Source: an uncultured Acidiferrobacter sp. (GTDB lineage: Bacteria; Pseudomonadota; Gammaproteobacteria; Arenicellales; UBA868). From it: a DNA stretch of 35,871 nt. The position numbers and the translations under genes were made by a program. Shown piece by piece: positions 11,450-21,332 of the stretch (the first letter of the stretch is position 1; every line of letters begins with the position of its first letter). The notes beneath the pieces are model-generated. The model did no database searches and had not been told where the DNA came from. It saw only the letters and a program-made list of their open reading frames with translations. The DNA lies in the NCBI GenBank assembly GCA_964432165.1, contig CAYSMI010000001.1, forward strand, positions 23,242-59,112. Direction: 5' to 3'.

Positions 11450-12547
11450 TCAAAGACTATTCCGGATGAGTTCAGCGCACTGCATTGCGCCTTGTGCTGG
11501 CGGAGTGGATTGTCGCCCTAAGGCAAGCAGTTCCGGTAGTTGGTCAAGCCACAGACCATTGGCAAACTGGTTCGGGACCAGTGCCTTTCCCTCAACTTCC
11601 CTTTCCAGGAATGCCACCAAGGGAGTCATTTCCGGGTAGTCCTGCCGCACGAAGTAGCCGAAGGGAGTACCGGATGCGTATACCTCGGCTATGGTGCTGT
11701 ACCCGGCCTTGCCGATGACAAGATCCGCTGCCTGTACCAGATCAGGATGATGAAGGGGGCATTGGACCGGCAGTAAGGTCACATTCTGGTCTTCGTGGAC
11801 TTCGTTGCTCGCCCCTGAGATTACGAAGTGGATGCCGGAAAACCTGCTTTTGAGCTGTTCAACAAACGGAAAGCCGGTTCTCGTCCCACCCATGCTGATG
11901 AACACCAGAGGCTGACGGGTCGTCAGTCCCAGAGCGGATCGGGTATCTGCTGCGCCGAGACGAAACGGCCTGGCAACAGGACCGATCTGATAAGCGCTTG
12001 AGACACGTTCGCAGATGGGCTCTGTCTGAATATGAAGTTCCGCACTTTGGAATAACGGCCTAAGTTGTTGGGCGTAATCCGAAAGTGCCGGGGCTGAGTC
12101 TGCAAGGCCTTCGTAGATCCAGTCCCAGGTAAAATTTTCCACCAGCACCGAAGGAATACCGGCGGTTTCTGCTACAGCCAGGCCGAGCGGCGCAATGTCG
12201 CAGATCACGCTTTGACAATGTAAGGCGTTAAGCTGCCCGGCAAGGCGGTTGATCTCGACCGGATCGAATGGCAGCCGGCGCGCAAGGTCTTCAAGTGTCG
12301 CATCAAAGTCGACCTCGAAGGCGTCAGTTTGCACCAGCCCGAGATCGCAGTCGGTCTCATGGTAGCGGATGCGCTCGCCAAGCGACGAAAAGAACCATCT
12401 GGGAATCTGCGTGAAAAGTTCGATCCGTAGCCGGGACTCGTGTTGTAACAGGGCTTCCAGAATCGCGCACGCCCGGGAGGCATGACCGAAGCCATGGGGA
12501 GAAACAAAGACTCCGACGGCAGGATGCAATCTGCTTCTTTCAGGCAT
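11450..12547 (-). CDS. GT-B fold glycosyltransferase-like protein resembling the N-terminal domain of L-arabinokinase
   Basis: Motifs SPHGFGHASR, DIAPLG...AGIPSV.VENFTWDWIY and HPDLVQAADLVIGKAGYSTIAE...PF..VRQDYPE. Confidence 0.75.
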   Translation of the reverse strand: MPERSRLHPAVGVFVSPHGFGHASRACAILEALLQHESRLRIELFTQIPRWFFSSLGERIRYHETDCDLGLVQTDAFEVDFDATLEDLARRLPFDPVEINRLAGQLNALHCQSVICDIAPLGLAVAETAGIPSVLVENFTWDWIYEGLADSAPALSDYAQQLRPLFQSAELHIQTEPICERVSSAYQIGPVARPFRLGAADTRSALGLTTRQPLVFISMGGTRTGFPFVEQLKSRFSGIHFVISGASNEVHEDQNVTLLPVQCPLHHPDLVQAADLVIGKAGYSTIAEVYASGTPFGYFVRQDYPEMTPLVAFLEREVEGKALVPNQFANGLWLDQLPELLALGRQSTPPAQGAMQCAELIRNSL

Positions 12548-12583
12548 CAGCCAAGCATCCGGGACAGCCGTTGACCAGTCGTG

Positions 12584-14146
12584 CTAGCGGCCGAAGTACT
12601 GATCGAGGAAAGTCTCAAAATCCATTTTGTCATCTTGCTCCATCTGCGCTGCCCGTTGCAGTGATGAGGCGGCTTCCTGCTGGAACCGGGATTCGAAATG
12701 TTCGTCGATGACACCATGCTTGAAGATGTCTTCGTGATGTTCTGCCTGCGCCTTGGCGAAATAGAAAAACGTATCATCGTGGCGATGGATACTGTCAAGG
12801 GCTCGCGCAGAGGGTGTCATCTGCGGGTCTTCAAACAACCGACGCTGAAGTGCTAGGGTCCTGCGGTAACCGTCATCGTACTGATCAAGACAGTCGGCCA
12901 GTGGTTCGAGGTAATCGATGAATTCCAGGCCACAGCGCTGGACACTGCAGCGTTGCCCATCCGCTTTGGTAATAATAAACTCGGGCTCCCGCCCGGACTC
13001 TGCAATCTGACTCCGCGTAGCGCGAACCCTTCGGAATTCATCCCAGTCCATTGGTGGGCTTGGTTCCAGGAGGCAGGAGATCATCATCAGGTCGAGCAAA
13101 CGGATTCCGTCCGTGTCGATACCAACGGGCAAAAACGGATTCAGATCCAAAGAGCGGACTTCGATGTATTCGACGCCACGCTCTTTTAATGCATCACTGG
13201 GCCGTTCTCCCGACTGCGCCACCCGCTTTGGCCGTACGGTCGCGTAATACTCGTTCTCGATCTGCAGCAGCGAATCATTCAATTGTCGGTATTGACCGTC
13301 CACCTGAACCCCAATCTCCTGATAAGGGGGATAGGGTTCGGTCGTGGCCTTGATCAGCGATTCTGTGTATTCGTCGAGACTGTTCAGGCTCAAGTGCACG
13401 GAAGCCTGGGCATCACTCTGGTAGCCGAAATCGGAAAGTCGCAGACTCGTCGCATACGGCAGGTAGAAAGTATGCTCCCCCAGCGGCTTCAGATGGCGCG
13501 CGCGTCCTTCCAGAAACGTCCCGCAGACCGCGGGTGAGGCGCCGAATAAATACGGGATCACCCAGTCATTCCGGTAAAAATTCCGGATCAGCCCGAGATA
13601 CGCCTCGGATTTGAAATCACGGAGAGGCACGGTGGAGCCGCTGAGATCGCGATAGATGCGCCAGAACCTGTCGTCCAGGGAGAAGTTGAAGTGAATCCCG
13701 GAGATCGTCTGCATCAGTTTGCCGTAGCGGTAGGCAAGACCCTGTCGGTAAACAGTTTTCATCCGGCCGGCGTTGGATTCTCCGTAATAGGCGATGGGAA
13801 TGCTGTCTTCGCCATGCAGAATACAGGGCATGCTGTTGACCCAGAGTTTTTCGTCGCCGATGTTCCGGTAGGCGAACCGATGCAATTCAGCGAGAAAGGT
13901 CAGCAGATCTTCGACGCCGTCGGTCACCGGTGTGACGAACTCAAGCAGTGCCTCCGAGTAGTCGGTCGTGATATAGCGGTGGGTAAGTGCCGCACCCAGG
14001 GCGACTGGATGCGACTGCTGGGACAACACACCCTCGGCATCAATGCGAAGGCTCTCCTTTTCAAGTCCCCGGCGCATGGCGGTTGATAAAACACCGGCCT
14101 GGGCCTGCTCGATCTTTTCAATAATTCGTGCTAGTTTTTCGCTCAC
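12584..14146 (-). CDS. gshA: Glutamate--cysteine ligase
   Basis: 520 aa, GTG start. Motifs RGLEKESLR, ITTDYSEALLEFVTP, SMPC, YRQGL..RYG..MQ.ISGIHFNFS, YLFGASP, ATSLRLSD.GY, LQIENEYY and YIEVRSLDLNPF, all typical of gammaproteobacterial GshA. Confidence 0.97.
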   Translation of the reverse strand: MSEKLARIIEKIEQAQAGVLSTAMRRGLEKESLRIDAEGVLSQQSHPVALGAALTHRYITTDYSEALLEFVTPVTDGVEDLLTFLAELHRFAYRNIGDEKLWVNSMPCILHGEDSIPIAYYGESNAGRMKTVYRQGLAYRYGKLMQTISGIHFNFSLDDRFWRIYRDLSGSTVPLRDFKSEAYLGLIRNFYRNDWVIPYLFGASPAVCGTFLEGRARHLKPLGEHTFYLPYATSLRLSDFGYQSDAQASVHLSLNSLDEYTESLIKATTEPYPPYQEIGVQVDGQYRQLNDSLLQIENEYYATVRPKRVAQSGERPSDALKERGVEYIEVRSLDLNPFLPVGIDTDGIRLLDLMMISCLLEPSPPMDWDEFRRVRATRSQIAESGREPEFIITKADGQRCSVQRCGLEFIDYLEPLADCLDQYDDGYRRTLALQRRLFEDPQMTPSARALDSIHRHDDTFFYFAKAQAEHHEDIFKHGVIDEHFESRFQQEAASSLQRAAQMEQDDKMDFETFLDQYFGR

Positions 14147-14186
14147 AGGATGTTTCCGATGCGAGTGTCCAGAGCGTGTTGATCAG

Positions 14187-14618
14187 ATGACGAGGTGGTT
14201 TCAGCAGTCCCTTCAGGTGCGAACTGCGGGACGGGGAATCCTGGATATTACGCCTTTGGTCGCAGAGCCTGTCGCCCAATCCGGAGTCGGGGTGGGGTTA
14301 TGCCATATTTTCATCATGCACACCAGCGCCTCTCTCGCGATTACGGAGAATGCTGACCCCAGAGTACATAATGATCTTGAAAGCTTTCTCGCACGTCTCG
14401 TCCCCGATGGAGACCCCCTTTACACCCATACCAGTGAGGGTGATGACGACATGCCTGCGCATATCCGTACCATCCTGACCGATTCCGCGCTGACAGTACC
14501 GATTACCGATGCGCGACTGGCCCTTGGGATCTGGCAGGGAATTTATCTCTGGGAGCATCGCTCCAGGCCCCACGAGCGTCAGATCGTGTTGACGATCTCT
14601 GGAGAGGATCACCGCTAG
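14187..14618 (+). CDS. yjbQ: YjbQ/UPF0047 family protein (secondary thiamine-phosphate synthase)
   Basis: Motifs HTSASLAITENADPRV, Y.HT.EGDDDMPAHI and LALGIWQGIYLWEHR. Start moved to ATG 14187 to avoid overlapping gshA. Confidence 0.92.
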   Translation: MTRWFQQSLQVRTAGRGILDITPLVAEPVAQSGVGVGLCHIFIMHTSASLAITENADPRVHNDLESFLARLVPDGDPLYTHTSEGDDDMPAHIRTILTDSALTVPITDARLALGIWQGIYLWEHRSRPHERQIVLTISGEDHR

Positions 14619-14696
14619 CCGGCCGCAGTGAACTCGTCAGAGGGGAGAATGGGTCTTCATGCTCTCCCGGAACAGTAACACACGATCAAAGGTATT

Positions 14697-15758
14697 ATGG
14701 TAAGGATGAAGCCTGCATCAATTGATTCTCCACTGAGCGATTACCGGTTCTGTATTGCTCCGATGATGGATTGGACAGACCGGCACGAGCGTTATCTTTT
14801 ACGGCTCATCTCTCGCCGGGCGCGTCTTTATACAGAGATGGTAACGACTGGTGCACTGATACACGGAGACCGTGAACGGTTTCTGGGTCACGCCGATGCC
14901 GAACATCCACTGGGTCTGCAGCTGGGTGGCAGCGACCCTGATGACATGACCCACTGCGCCCATCTTGGGGAGACAGCAGGATTTGACGAGATCAACATCA
15001 ATGTGGGTTGCCCATCCGACCGGGTACAGGCCGGGAGGTTCGGTGCCTGCCTGATGCTGGAACCGGACTTGGTTGCGACCTGTTTTGCGGCCATGCAGGC
15101 AGCGGTGTCGATACCGGTCACCGTAAAGTGTCGGCTCGGAGTAGATGAGGAGGACCGTTTTACCGACCTGACCCGCTTTGTTGAAACTGTTGCTGGCGCG
15201 GGCTGTAGGGTGTTTATTGTGCATGCACGAAAAGCGTGGCTTTCGGGTTTGAGCCCGCGCGAGAATCGTGAGATCCCGCCGTTGCAATATGATCGGGTCT
15301 ATGCCTTAAAGGAACGGTATCCAGAGTTCACCATTGTGATCAACGGTGGTATCACCCGGATCGATCAGGCCAGAGAGCATCTTAGACGGGTGGATGGTGT
15401 GATGGTGGGCCGCGAGGCATATCAGAACCCCTGGAGTCTGGCCGAAGTCGACCGGGTGGTGTTTGATGATGTCCCAAGCCCCCAGTCCCGTTTTGATGTG
15501 CTCGAGGCGTACAAGGCATACATGCACACCGAGCTTGAGAAGGGTGTACCGCTTAAGCGGCTGGCCCGCCACCTGCTGGGACTGTTTCAGGGGCAGCCCG
15601 GGGCCCGGGTCTGGCGCCGAGCGCTCAGCGGGGCAGCGTTTCGATCTGGTGCCGACCTTAGTGCCATAGAAGCTGCCCAGGACAGGCTGGATTCGACGTA
15701 CCGGCAGCATGCCAGTGTGGTCTCGGCGTTGGCACTGCGTGAAGAAGTAAGACTATGA
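14697..15758 (+). CDS. dusA: tRNA dihydrouridine(20/20a) synthase DusA
   Basis: Motifs APMMDWTDRH, LYTEMV, QLGGSDP, NINVGCPSDRVQAGRFGACLM, VHARKAWLSGLSPRENREIPPL, INGGI and MVGREAYQNP. Confidence 0.95.
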   Translation: MVRMKPASIDSPLSDYRFCIAPMMDWTDRHERYLLRLISRRARLYTEMVTTGALIHGDRERFLGHADAEHPLGLQLGGSDPDDMTHCAHLGETAGFDEININVGCPSDRVQAGRFGACLMLEPDLVATCFAAMQAAVSIPVTVKCRLGVDEEDRFTDLTRFVETVAGAGCRVFIVHARKAWLSGLSPRENREIPPLQYDRVYALKERYPEFTIVINGGITRIDQAREHLRRVDGVMVGREAYQNPWSLAEVDRVVFDDVPSPQSRFDVLEAYKAYMHTELEKGVPLKRLARHLLGLFQGQPGARVWRRALSGAAFRSGADLSAIEAAQDRLDSTYRQHASVVSALALREEVRL

Positions 15759-17326
15759 AATCGTTGAGACCCCTGCTCCTGTGGACATTCGGCGGCCTTG
15801 CAGCCCTTCTGGCAGGCGCTCTGATCTGGTCGGCGGCCTTTCTGGATCCTAACGACTACACAGAGCGGATCGCCGAGCGAATTGAGCAGCAGACGGGACT
15901 CAAGTTTGCGTTGGAAGGCCCCTTACGCCTTGACTTCAGATTCCAACAGGGGGAAGGACTGTTTGCAGATCTGGGGGTGGAAGACGCCTACTTGAACGCG
16001 ATTGTCGGGATACCAGGATCGCAGCATGCGCGGGTCAGGAAATTCACGCTGTCGCTGTCGGTGATGGAATTGCCTCGCCTGATGCGCGGTGATCTCTTTG
16101 AAGGCGCCGGCCGATTCAACGTGACCGATCTGGATCTCGTGCTGCTTGCTACGGGACTCGGACTTGACACGCAGTCCTTTGACGACTCGGGGTTCCGGGC
16201 AATGACTGCAGAAGGGGAGTACCAGATGGGTTCGACGTACGCGTCGATTAACAGTTTCAAGATCGCCGGACCAACTACTGAAATCAATGGGGATCTCCAC
16301 CTTCAAGATTTGCACCAGGACGCGAGGATCGAGTTTGCATTGTCTTCTCCCTCGCTGAATCTGGACGAGATCGTTGCTGAAGAATATCGTGGCCCGCTGG
16401 ACGCTTTCGAATGGTTGAACCTCTCTCCCCTGATGGCTTCAGGCATAAATGCACGAGGCGTCGTGCAGATCGGCACGTTTCAGTCCGGGGGCCTGGTGTT
16501 GCGTAACCTTAATATCCCGATCTACTCCGAAGGCGGCACGGTAGCGGCTTCACCGGTTACCGGTGATCTCTATGGTGGGACGATGCGCATTGACACCGTG
16601 GCGCATGTAGCCGGTGCAGATCTGGACTTCAGGACCAAACAGGTTTTCTCGCAGTTCGAAGCAGGTGAACTGCTGCAGGATCTGGGGTTGACCCACATGC
16701 TCCGGGGAAGAGCAGATCTTACCGCCATTGTGGCCTTTTCCGGTGCCGAATACCTTGAGCGCATTCGGTCAGCGCGCGGGGTGGTCACGCTCGCAGCCAA
16801 AGAGGGTCAGATTCGCGGGTTTGACATCGCCTCTCTTTTGGACCGTTTGAGTCGGAGCAATCTGCAAAGTGGTGGGGACTGGCTGGGAGAGAACGCTTAC
16901 ACACCGCTTGAAAACGTCACCGCGACGCTCAAGCTGGAAGATGCACAACTGGTTAACGATAACCTTGCCTTTCATACAGGCGGTCTGGAGGTCTCCGGCC
17001 AGGGAAGCCTTTCCCTGGAGAATGAACTAGTCGATTATCGTCTCTCGCTGGAACTGGATCAGCCCGAAGTCGTTACCCTGTTACCTCCCCCGTTCAATTC
17101 CGTTGGGCTCGTGCTTCCGATACGGGTGACGGGTAGATGGGATAGTCCCGGGATCATGATCGACATGCCGGTCCTGATTCAAATGCAGTTGCAGCGCGCA
17201 ATGGGAGTAAAAAGCACTCTGGAGCCACCTTCGGCTGACCCTCAAGCGAAGGCATTAGCCGAGGCGCTCGAGGCAGAACTGTCCAAGAGACTCAATCAAT
17301 TTGCATCGGGGAAAGCCATACAGTGA
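15755..17326 (+). CDS. AsmA family protein
   Basis: N-terminal membrane anchor followed by DPNDY..I...I.QQTG, a beta-rich body (LYGG, G.I.GFDI, NDNL, G.G.L.L....VDY, P.RVTG.WD.P). Overlaps dusA by 4 bp (ATGA). Confidence 0.8.
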   Translation: MKSLRPLLLWTFGGLAALLAGALIWSAAFLDPNDYTERIAERIEQQTGLKFALEGPLRLDFRFQQGEGLFADLGVEDAYLNAIVGIPGSQHARVRKFTLSLSVMELPRLMRGDLFEGAGRFNVTDLDLVLLATGLGLDTQSFDDSGFRAMTAEGEYQMGSTYASINSFKIAGPTTEINGDLHLQDLHQDARIEFALSSPSLNLDEIVAEEYRGPLDAFEWLNLSPLMASGINARGVVQIGTFQSGGLVLRNLNIPIYSEGGTVAASPVTGDLYGGTMRIDTVAHVAGADLDFRTKQVFSQFEAGELLQDLGLTHMLRGRADLTAIVAFSGAEYLERIRSARGVVTLAAKEGQIRGFDIASLLDRLSRSNLQSGGDWLGENAYTPLENVTATLKLEDAQLVNDNLAFHTGGLEVSGQGSLSLENELVDYRLSLELDQPEVVTLLPPPFNSVGLVLPIRVTGRWDSPGIMIDMPVLIQMQLQRAMGVKSTLEPPSADPQAKALAEALEAELSKRLNQFASGKAIQ

Positions 17327-18174
17327 AGCTGGTTCGACTTGGTGGTCAGAACAAAGAAAAACCGGGATTGCTCGACCCGAATGGCGAGGTCAGGGATTTA
17401 AGCGGTGTCATCGAGGACCTAAACCCAGACACGCTTGATCCGCAAACCCTGCAAAGCGTCAAGGCCATTGACCCGTTGACCTTACCCCGGGTGGAAGCAG
17501 GGCAACGACTCGGCCCCTGCGTGGGAAGGCCGGGAAAATTCGTATGTATTGGACTGAACTATCACGACCACGCTGTCGAGACCGGGCTTTCGCCCCCGAC
17601 CGAGCCGGTAGTTTTCATGAAGGCCGTAAGCGCGATCAGCGGGCCCCATGATGACATTACCCTCCTGCGCGGCTCGACCAAAAGCGACTGGGAGGTCGAA
17701 CTCGGGATTGTGATCGGCAAACGGGCCCACTACATCCCCGCGGATCAGGCGCTTGATGCGATTGCAGGATTTTGTCTGATCAATGATCTTTCCGAGCGTG
17801 AGTGGCAGATCGAACGTGGCGGAAACTGGTCCAAAGGAAAATCAGGAGATGGTTATGGCCCCGTCGGGCCGTGGCTGGTAACGCCCGACGAAATTCCCGA
17901 CCCACAGACGATGGATCTATGGCTTGAACGCAATGGGGAAACCATGCAGAGCGGCAGCACCGCCGACATGATTTTCCCGGTAACGGAGCTGATCGCTTAT
18001 CTCAGCCAGTGCATGAGTCTTAATGTTGGCGATATCATTGCCACCGGCACACCGGCTGGAGTGGGTCTCGGGCGCAAGCCGCCCGTGTTTCTCCAGGATG
18101 GTGATCACCTCAGATTAGGGATCACGGGTCTTGGAGAGCAGTCATACCGGGTGTTTGCAGATAACGAGTCGTGA
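17323..18174 (+). CDS. Fumarylacetoacetate hydrolase (FAH) family protein
   Basis: Motifs [48 protein letters not shown] and [13 protein letters not shown]. Overlaps asmA by 4 bp (GTGA). Confidence 0.92.
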   Translation: MKLVRLGGQNKEKPGLLDPNGEVRDLSGVIEDLNPDTLDPQTLQSVKAIDPLTLPRVEAGQRLGPCVGRPGKFVCIGLNYHDHAVETGLSPPTEPVVFMKAVSAISGPHDDITLLRGSTKSDWEVELGIVIGKRAHYIPADQALDAIAGFCLINDLSEREWQIERGGNWSKGKSGDGYGPVGPWLVTPDEIPDPQTMDLWLERNGETMQSGSTADMIFPVTELIAYLSQCMSLNVGDIIATGTPAGVGLGRKPPVFLQDGDHLRLGITGLGEQSYRVFADNES

Positions 18175-18244
18175 GCTTTTATATGGCGCCCCAAGTGCGG
18201 ACTGGTGTACAAGGTTTCACAAGGATTTTCAAACGGAGATTTCG

Positions 18245-19924
18245 ATGAGTGAGAAACTGAACAAGGTGAGTTCGAGGATTACCCAGCCTCGGTCTCAGGG
18301 GGCGTCACAGGCCATGCTGTATGCCACGGGAATGACCCGGGAGGACATGGACAAGGCCCAGGTTGGGATTGCCAGCATGTGGTGGGAAGGCAATCCCTGC
18401 AATATGCACCTCAATGATCTCGCCGACCAGATTGCAACCGGAGTCCGTGAAGCAGATCTCATCGCTATGCGCTTCAACACCATCGGGGTCAGTGACGGCA
18501 TCTCTATGGGCACGGAAGGCATGAGTTACTCACTGCAGTCCCGTGACCTGATTGCTGATTCCATCGAGACCGTGATGGGAGGGCAGTGGTATGACGCGCT
18601 GGTGACGGTCCCGGGGTGTGACAAGAATATGCCGGGGTGCCTGATCGGTATGGGGCGCGTCAATCGACCCTCCCTGATGCTCTATGGAGGCACCATCAGG
18701 CCGGGCCACGCCGGATCGCAGGTCGTTGATATCGTGTCTGCATTCCAAAGCTATGGCCAGTTCCTGGCCAAGGCGATCACGGACGAGGAGCGCCAGGAAA
18801 TCGTAGACAAAGCCTGCCCGGGTGCCGGTGCTTGTGGCGGTATGTATACCGCTAACACCATGGCGAGTGCGATCGAAGCGATGGGCATGTCCCTGCCTTA
18901 CAGTTCATCAGCCCCAGCGACGACCGACCAGAAGCGAAGTGAATGCCTCAGCGTTGGTGCCGCTGTCAGGAATCTGCTGGAGCGCGATCTTCGCCCCCGA
19001 GACATCATGACCCGTGAGGCTTTTGAAAATGCGATGGTGCTGGTGTCGGTGCTTGGCGGTTCGACCAACGCGGTACTGCATCTTATTGCGATGGCGCGGG
19101 CAGTCGATGTACCGCTAGGCATTGATGACTTTCAGGCTGTCAGCGACCGGGTTCCTTTTCTGGCGGACCTGAAGCCGAGTGGTCGATACGTGATGGAAGA
19201 TCTTCATACCGTGGGCGGTGTTCCCGCCGTCATGCGGTACCTCCTGGCAGAAGGACTGCTCAACGGCGACTGCATGACGGTGACTGGCCACACCGTGGCC
19301 GAAAATCTTGATCAACTGCCGGATCTTTCTGATGGCCAGGAGGTTTTCCATAGCCTGGCTGATCCGATCAAGGAGACCGGGCACATAAGGATTCTGAAAG
19401 GAAATTTTGCACCCGGCGGCGCTGTTGCCAAGATTACCGGCAAGGAAGGCCGGCAGTTCAGCGGTCCGGCCCGTGTGTTTGACGGTGAGGAAGCCATGCT
19501 GAAGGCCCTGGAGGAAGGTCGAATCCAGAAAGGGGATGTGATTGTGATCCGCTTTGAAGGCCCCAAAGGGGGTCCGGGGATGCCTGAGATGCTGACTCCG
19601 ACTTCGGCCATTATGGGCGCGGGGCTTGGATCAGACGTTGCCCTGATTACCGACGGCCGTTTCTCAGGAGGTTCTCACGGCTTCATTGTGGGTCACGTGG
19701 TTCCGGAAGCCCAGGAAGGCGGGCCGATCGGCCTGGTACAGGACGGAGACGTCATCCATCTGGATGCTGATGCCAATACCATTGATGTGGAGCTTAGTGA
19801 AGGGGAGTTGCAGACGCGTCGGGATAACTGGACGATGCCGCCATATAAAGCCAACCGCGGCACTCTGTACAAGTACATTAAGAACGTGAAGACCGCCAGC
19901 GAGGGCTGCGTCACCGACGAGTAG
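18245..19924 (+). CDS. ilvD: Dihydroxy-acid dehydratase
   Basis: Motifs [57 protein letters not shown] and [11 protein letters not shown] 18245 has GGAG upstream. Confidence 0.96.
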   Translation: MSEKLNKVSSRITQPRSQGASQAMLYATGMTREDMDKAQVGIASMWWEGNPCNMHLNDLADQIATGVREADLIAMRFNTIGVSDGISMGTEGMSYSLQSRDLIADSIETVMGGQWYDALVTVPGCDKNMPGCLIGMGRVNRPSLMLYGGTIRPGHAGSQVVDIVSAFQSYGQFLAKAITDEERQEIVDKACPGAGACGGMYTANTMASAIEAMGMSLPYSSSAPATTDQKRSECLSVGAAVRNLLERDLRPRDIMTREAFENAMVLVSVLGGSTNAVLHLIAMARAVDVPLGIDDFQAVSDRVPFLADLKPSGRYVMEDLHTVGGVPAVMRYLLAEGLLNGDCMTVTGHTVAENLDQLPDLSDGQEVFHSLADPIKETGHIRILKGNFAPGGAVAKITGKEGRQFSGPARVFDGEEAMLKALEEGRIQKGDVIVIRFEGPKGGPGMPEMLTPTSAIMGAGLGSDVALITDGRFSGGSHGFIVGHVVPEAQEGGPIGLVQDGDVIHLDADANTIDVELSEGELQTRRDNWTMPPYKANRGTLYKYIKNVKTASEGCVTDE

Positions 19925-19933
19925 TCCGATCGG

Positions 19934-20611
19934 TCAGTTGAGACTGATCCGAAGCGCGGCACTCGCAGCGAGCGGCGCCAGCGCCAGCGCCAGCACCATC
20001 ATCGCGCCAAGGAAATAAAAATGCCCGGCTGTGGGTAGCCCAGCATCCGCAGCAAGCACCACACTCGCACCAAAAATCAGAACGGGCACATAGAGTGGCA
20101 GGACCAGCAAGGTCAGCAACAGTCCGCTTCGGCGAATACCCACGGTCAGCGCGGTTCCCACAGAGCCTATCAGACTTAAGGTTGGCGTACCGAGTGCCAG
20201 AGCGGCCAGCAAGGTCAACTGGAGTTCGCCGGTCATTCCCAAGAGCAGTCCCAGCAACGGCGTGGCGACGAGAAGCGGCAGACCGGTGGCACACCAGTGG
20301 ACGAATACCTTGCCGAGGATGAGCACCGCCAGAGGATGCCCGCTGAGTACCATCTGCTCCAGGGTGCCATCGTCAAAGTCCGAACGGAACAATGCGTCCA
20401 GCGCCAGCAGCGTCGCCAGCAGCGCGGCCACCCAGATGATGCCCGGACCGATCGTGCGAAGGAGTACCGGATCGGAACCCACGCCAAACGGAAACAGCGC
20501 AACGACAATGACAAAAAATATCACCGGGTGCGCAACTTCGCTGGAATGCCGGGCGACAAGGCGGACGTCCCGGCGAATCAGGGCGAGGAATGCAGTGGTA
20601 AGGCTCGGCAC
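19934..20611 (-). CDS. ccmB: Heme exporter membrane protein CcmB
   Basis: Motifs LFPFGVG, GIIWVAALLA, F.SDFDDGTLEQ, LGTPTLSLIG and LLVLPLY.PVLIFG. GTG start with GAGGA upstream. Confidence 0.96.
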   Translation of the reverse strand: MPSLTTAFLALIRRDVRLVARHSSEVAHPVIFFVIVVALFPFGVGSDPVLLRTIGPGIIWVAALLATLLALDALFRSDFDDGTLEQMVLSGHPLAVLILGKVFVHWCATGLPLLVATPLLGLLLGMTGELQLTLLAALALGTPTLSLIGSVGTALTVGIRRSGLLLTLLVLPLYVPVLIFGASVVLAADAGLPTAGHFYFLGAMMVLALALAPLAASAALRISLN

Positions 20612-20613
20612 GG

Positions 20614-21228
20614 TCAGTTCCTCAGATGAACAGCGCGAACCGCTGCATGCTCAAGATAGATCGGCTGGTGGCTCGTCAGGATCACCATTCCGTTTTGGGC
20701 CAAGTGAGCATCCAGAGCGGCTTCAATATCCTGCACCCCGTCAGCATCGATAGCGCCCAGCGGTTCATCCAGTACCCAGAGTAGGGCACGGGTCAGGTAA
20801 AGACGGGCAATTGCCACCCGGCGCCGCTGACCGGCAGATAACAGTCGGCAAAGGAGGCCTTCAGAACCACTCAAGCCAACCCTTGCAATCGCTTCATCAA
20901 TGCTGGCATCCGCTGACGCTGACTGCATGGTCAAAGAGAAGGCGAGGTTCTCTCTTGCCGTCAGATCCATCTTGAGTCCGTAGCTGTGCCCGATATAGGC
21001 GAGATCGCAGTGGAACTGACCCGGGTCCTGCCGGATGGACGATCCGTTCCAGAAGACTTCGCCGCTGTCCGGAAGGCTGAGTCCACAAAGAATCCGCAGA
21101 AGGCTGGTTTTCCCCGCCCCGTTGCTGCCGTGTACCTGGCAAATCTCGCCGGGTTGCAACTGGAGGTTGAAGTTCTCAAAAAGAAGCCGATCGCCCTTAA
21201 CGCAGCTGATTGCGCGTGCTTCAAGCAT
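20614..21228 (-). CDS. ccmA: Heme ABC exporter ATP-binding protein CcmA
   Basis: Walker A GSNGAGKTS, signature LSAGQRRR, LW.LDEP and TSHQ; lies directly upstream of ccmB. Confidence 0.96.
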   Translation of the reverse strand: MLEARAISCVKGDRLLFENFNLQLQPGEICQVHGSNGAGKTSLLRILCGLSLPDSGEVFWNGSSIRQDPGQFHCDLAYIGHSYGLKMDLTARENLAFSLTMQSASADASIDEAIARVGLSGSEGLLCRLLSAGQRRRVAIARLYLTRALLWVLDEPLGAIDADGVQDIEAALDAHLAQNGMVILTSHQPIYLEHAAVRAVHLRN

Positions 21229-21295
21229 CCCGACTCCGACTCCGTTTTGGCATGCACTCTGTCACAGCCCTAATTATGCGGGCAAAAGACAATAA

Positions 21296-21332
21296 ATGTG
21301 CCGACCCGGATCAGAATTGGTAGTCGGCATAT
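21296..21332. promoter_or_regulatory. Inverted repeat (ATGTGCCGAC-N17-GTCGGCATAT) just upstream of a TATACT -10-like hexamer (21336-21341) in the ccmA/FDH divergent region
   Basis: 10-bp arms with one mismatch, read directly from the sequence. A role as an operator is inference. Confidence 0.4.

Noticed and set aside
14043-14186. N-terminal extensions in the ORF track for yjbQ, and likewise ilvD (18131), MFS (31380), qor (32518) and RAM (34562)
   Set aside because: They overlap neighbouring genes or lack family similarity; downstream ATGs fit better.
17323-19924. FAH plus IlvD/Edd-family pair as a non-phosphorylative sugar-acid pathway
   Set aside because: The dehydratase looks like a true branched-chain DHAD, and no sugar dehydrogenase, lactonase or sugar transporter is adjacent.
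21229-21243. CCGACT tandem repeat (2.5 copies) upstream of ccmA
   Set aside because: Too short for a phase-variable repeat; on the minus strand it is simply a doubled GGAG Shine-Dalgarno.
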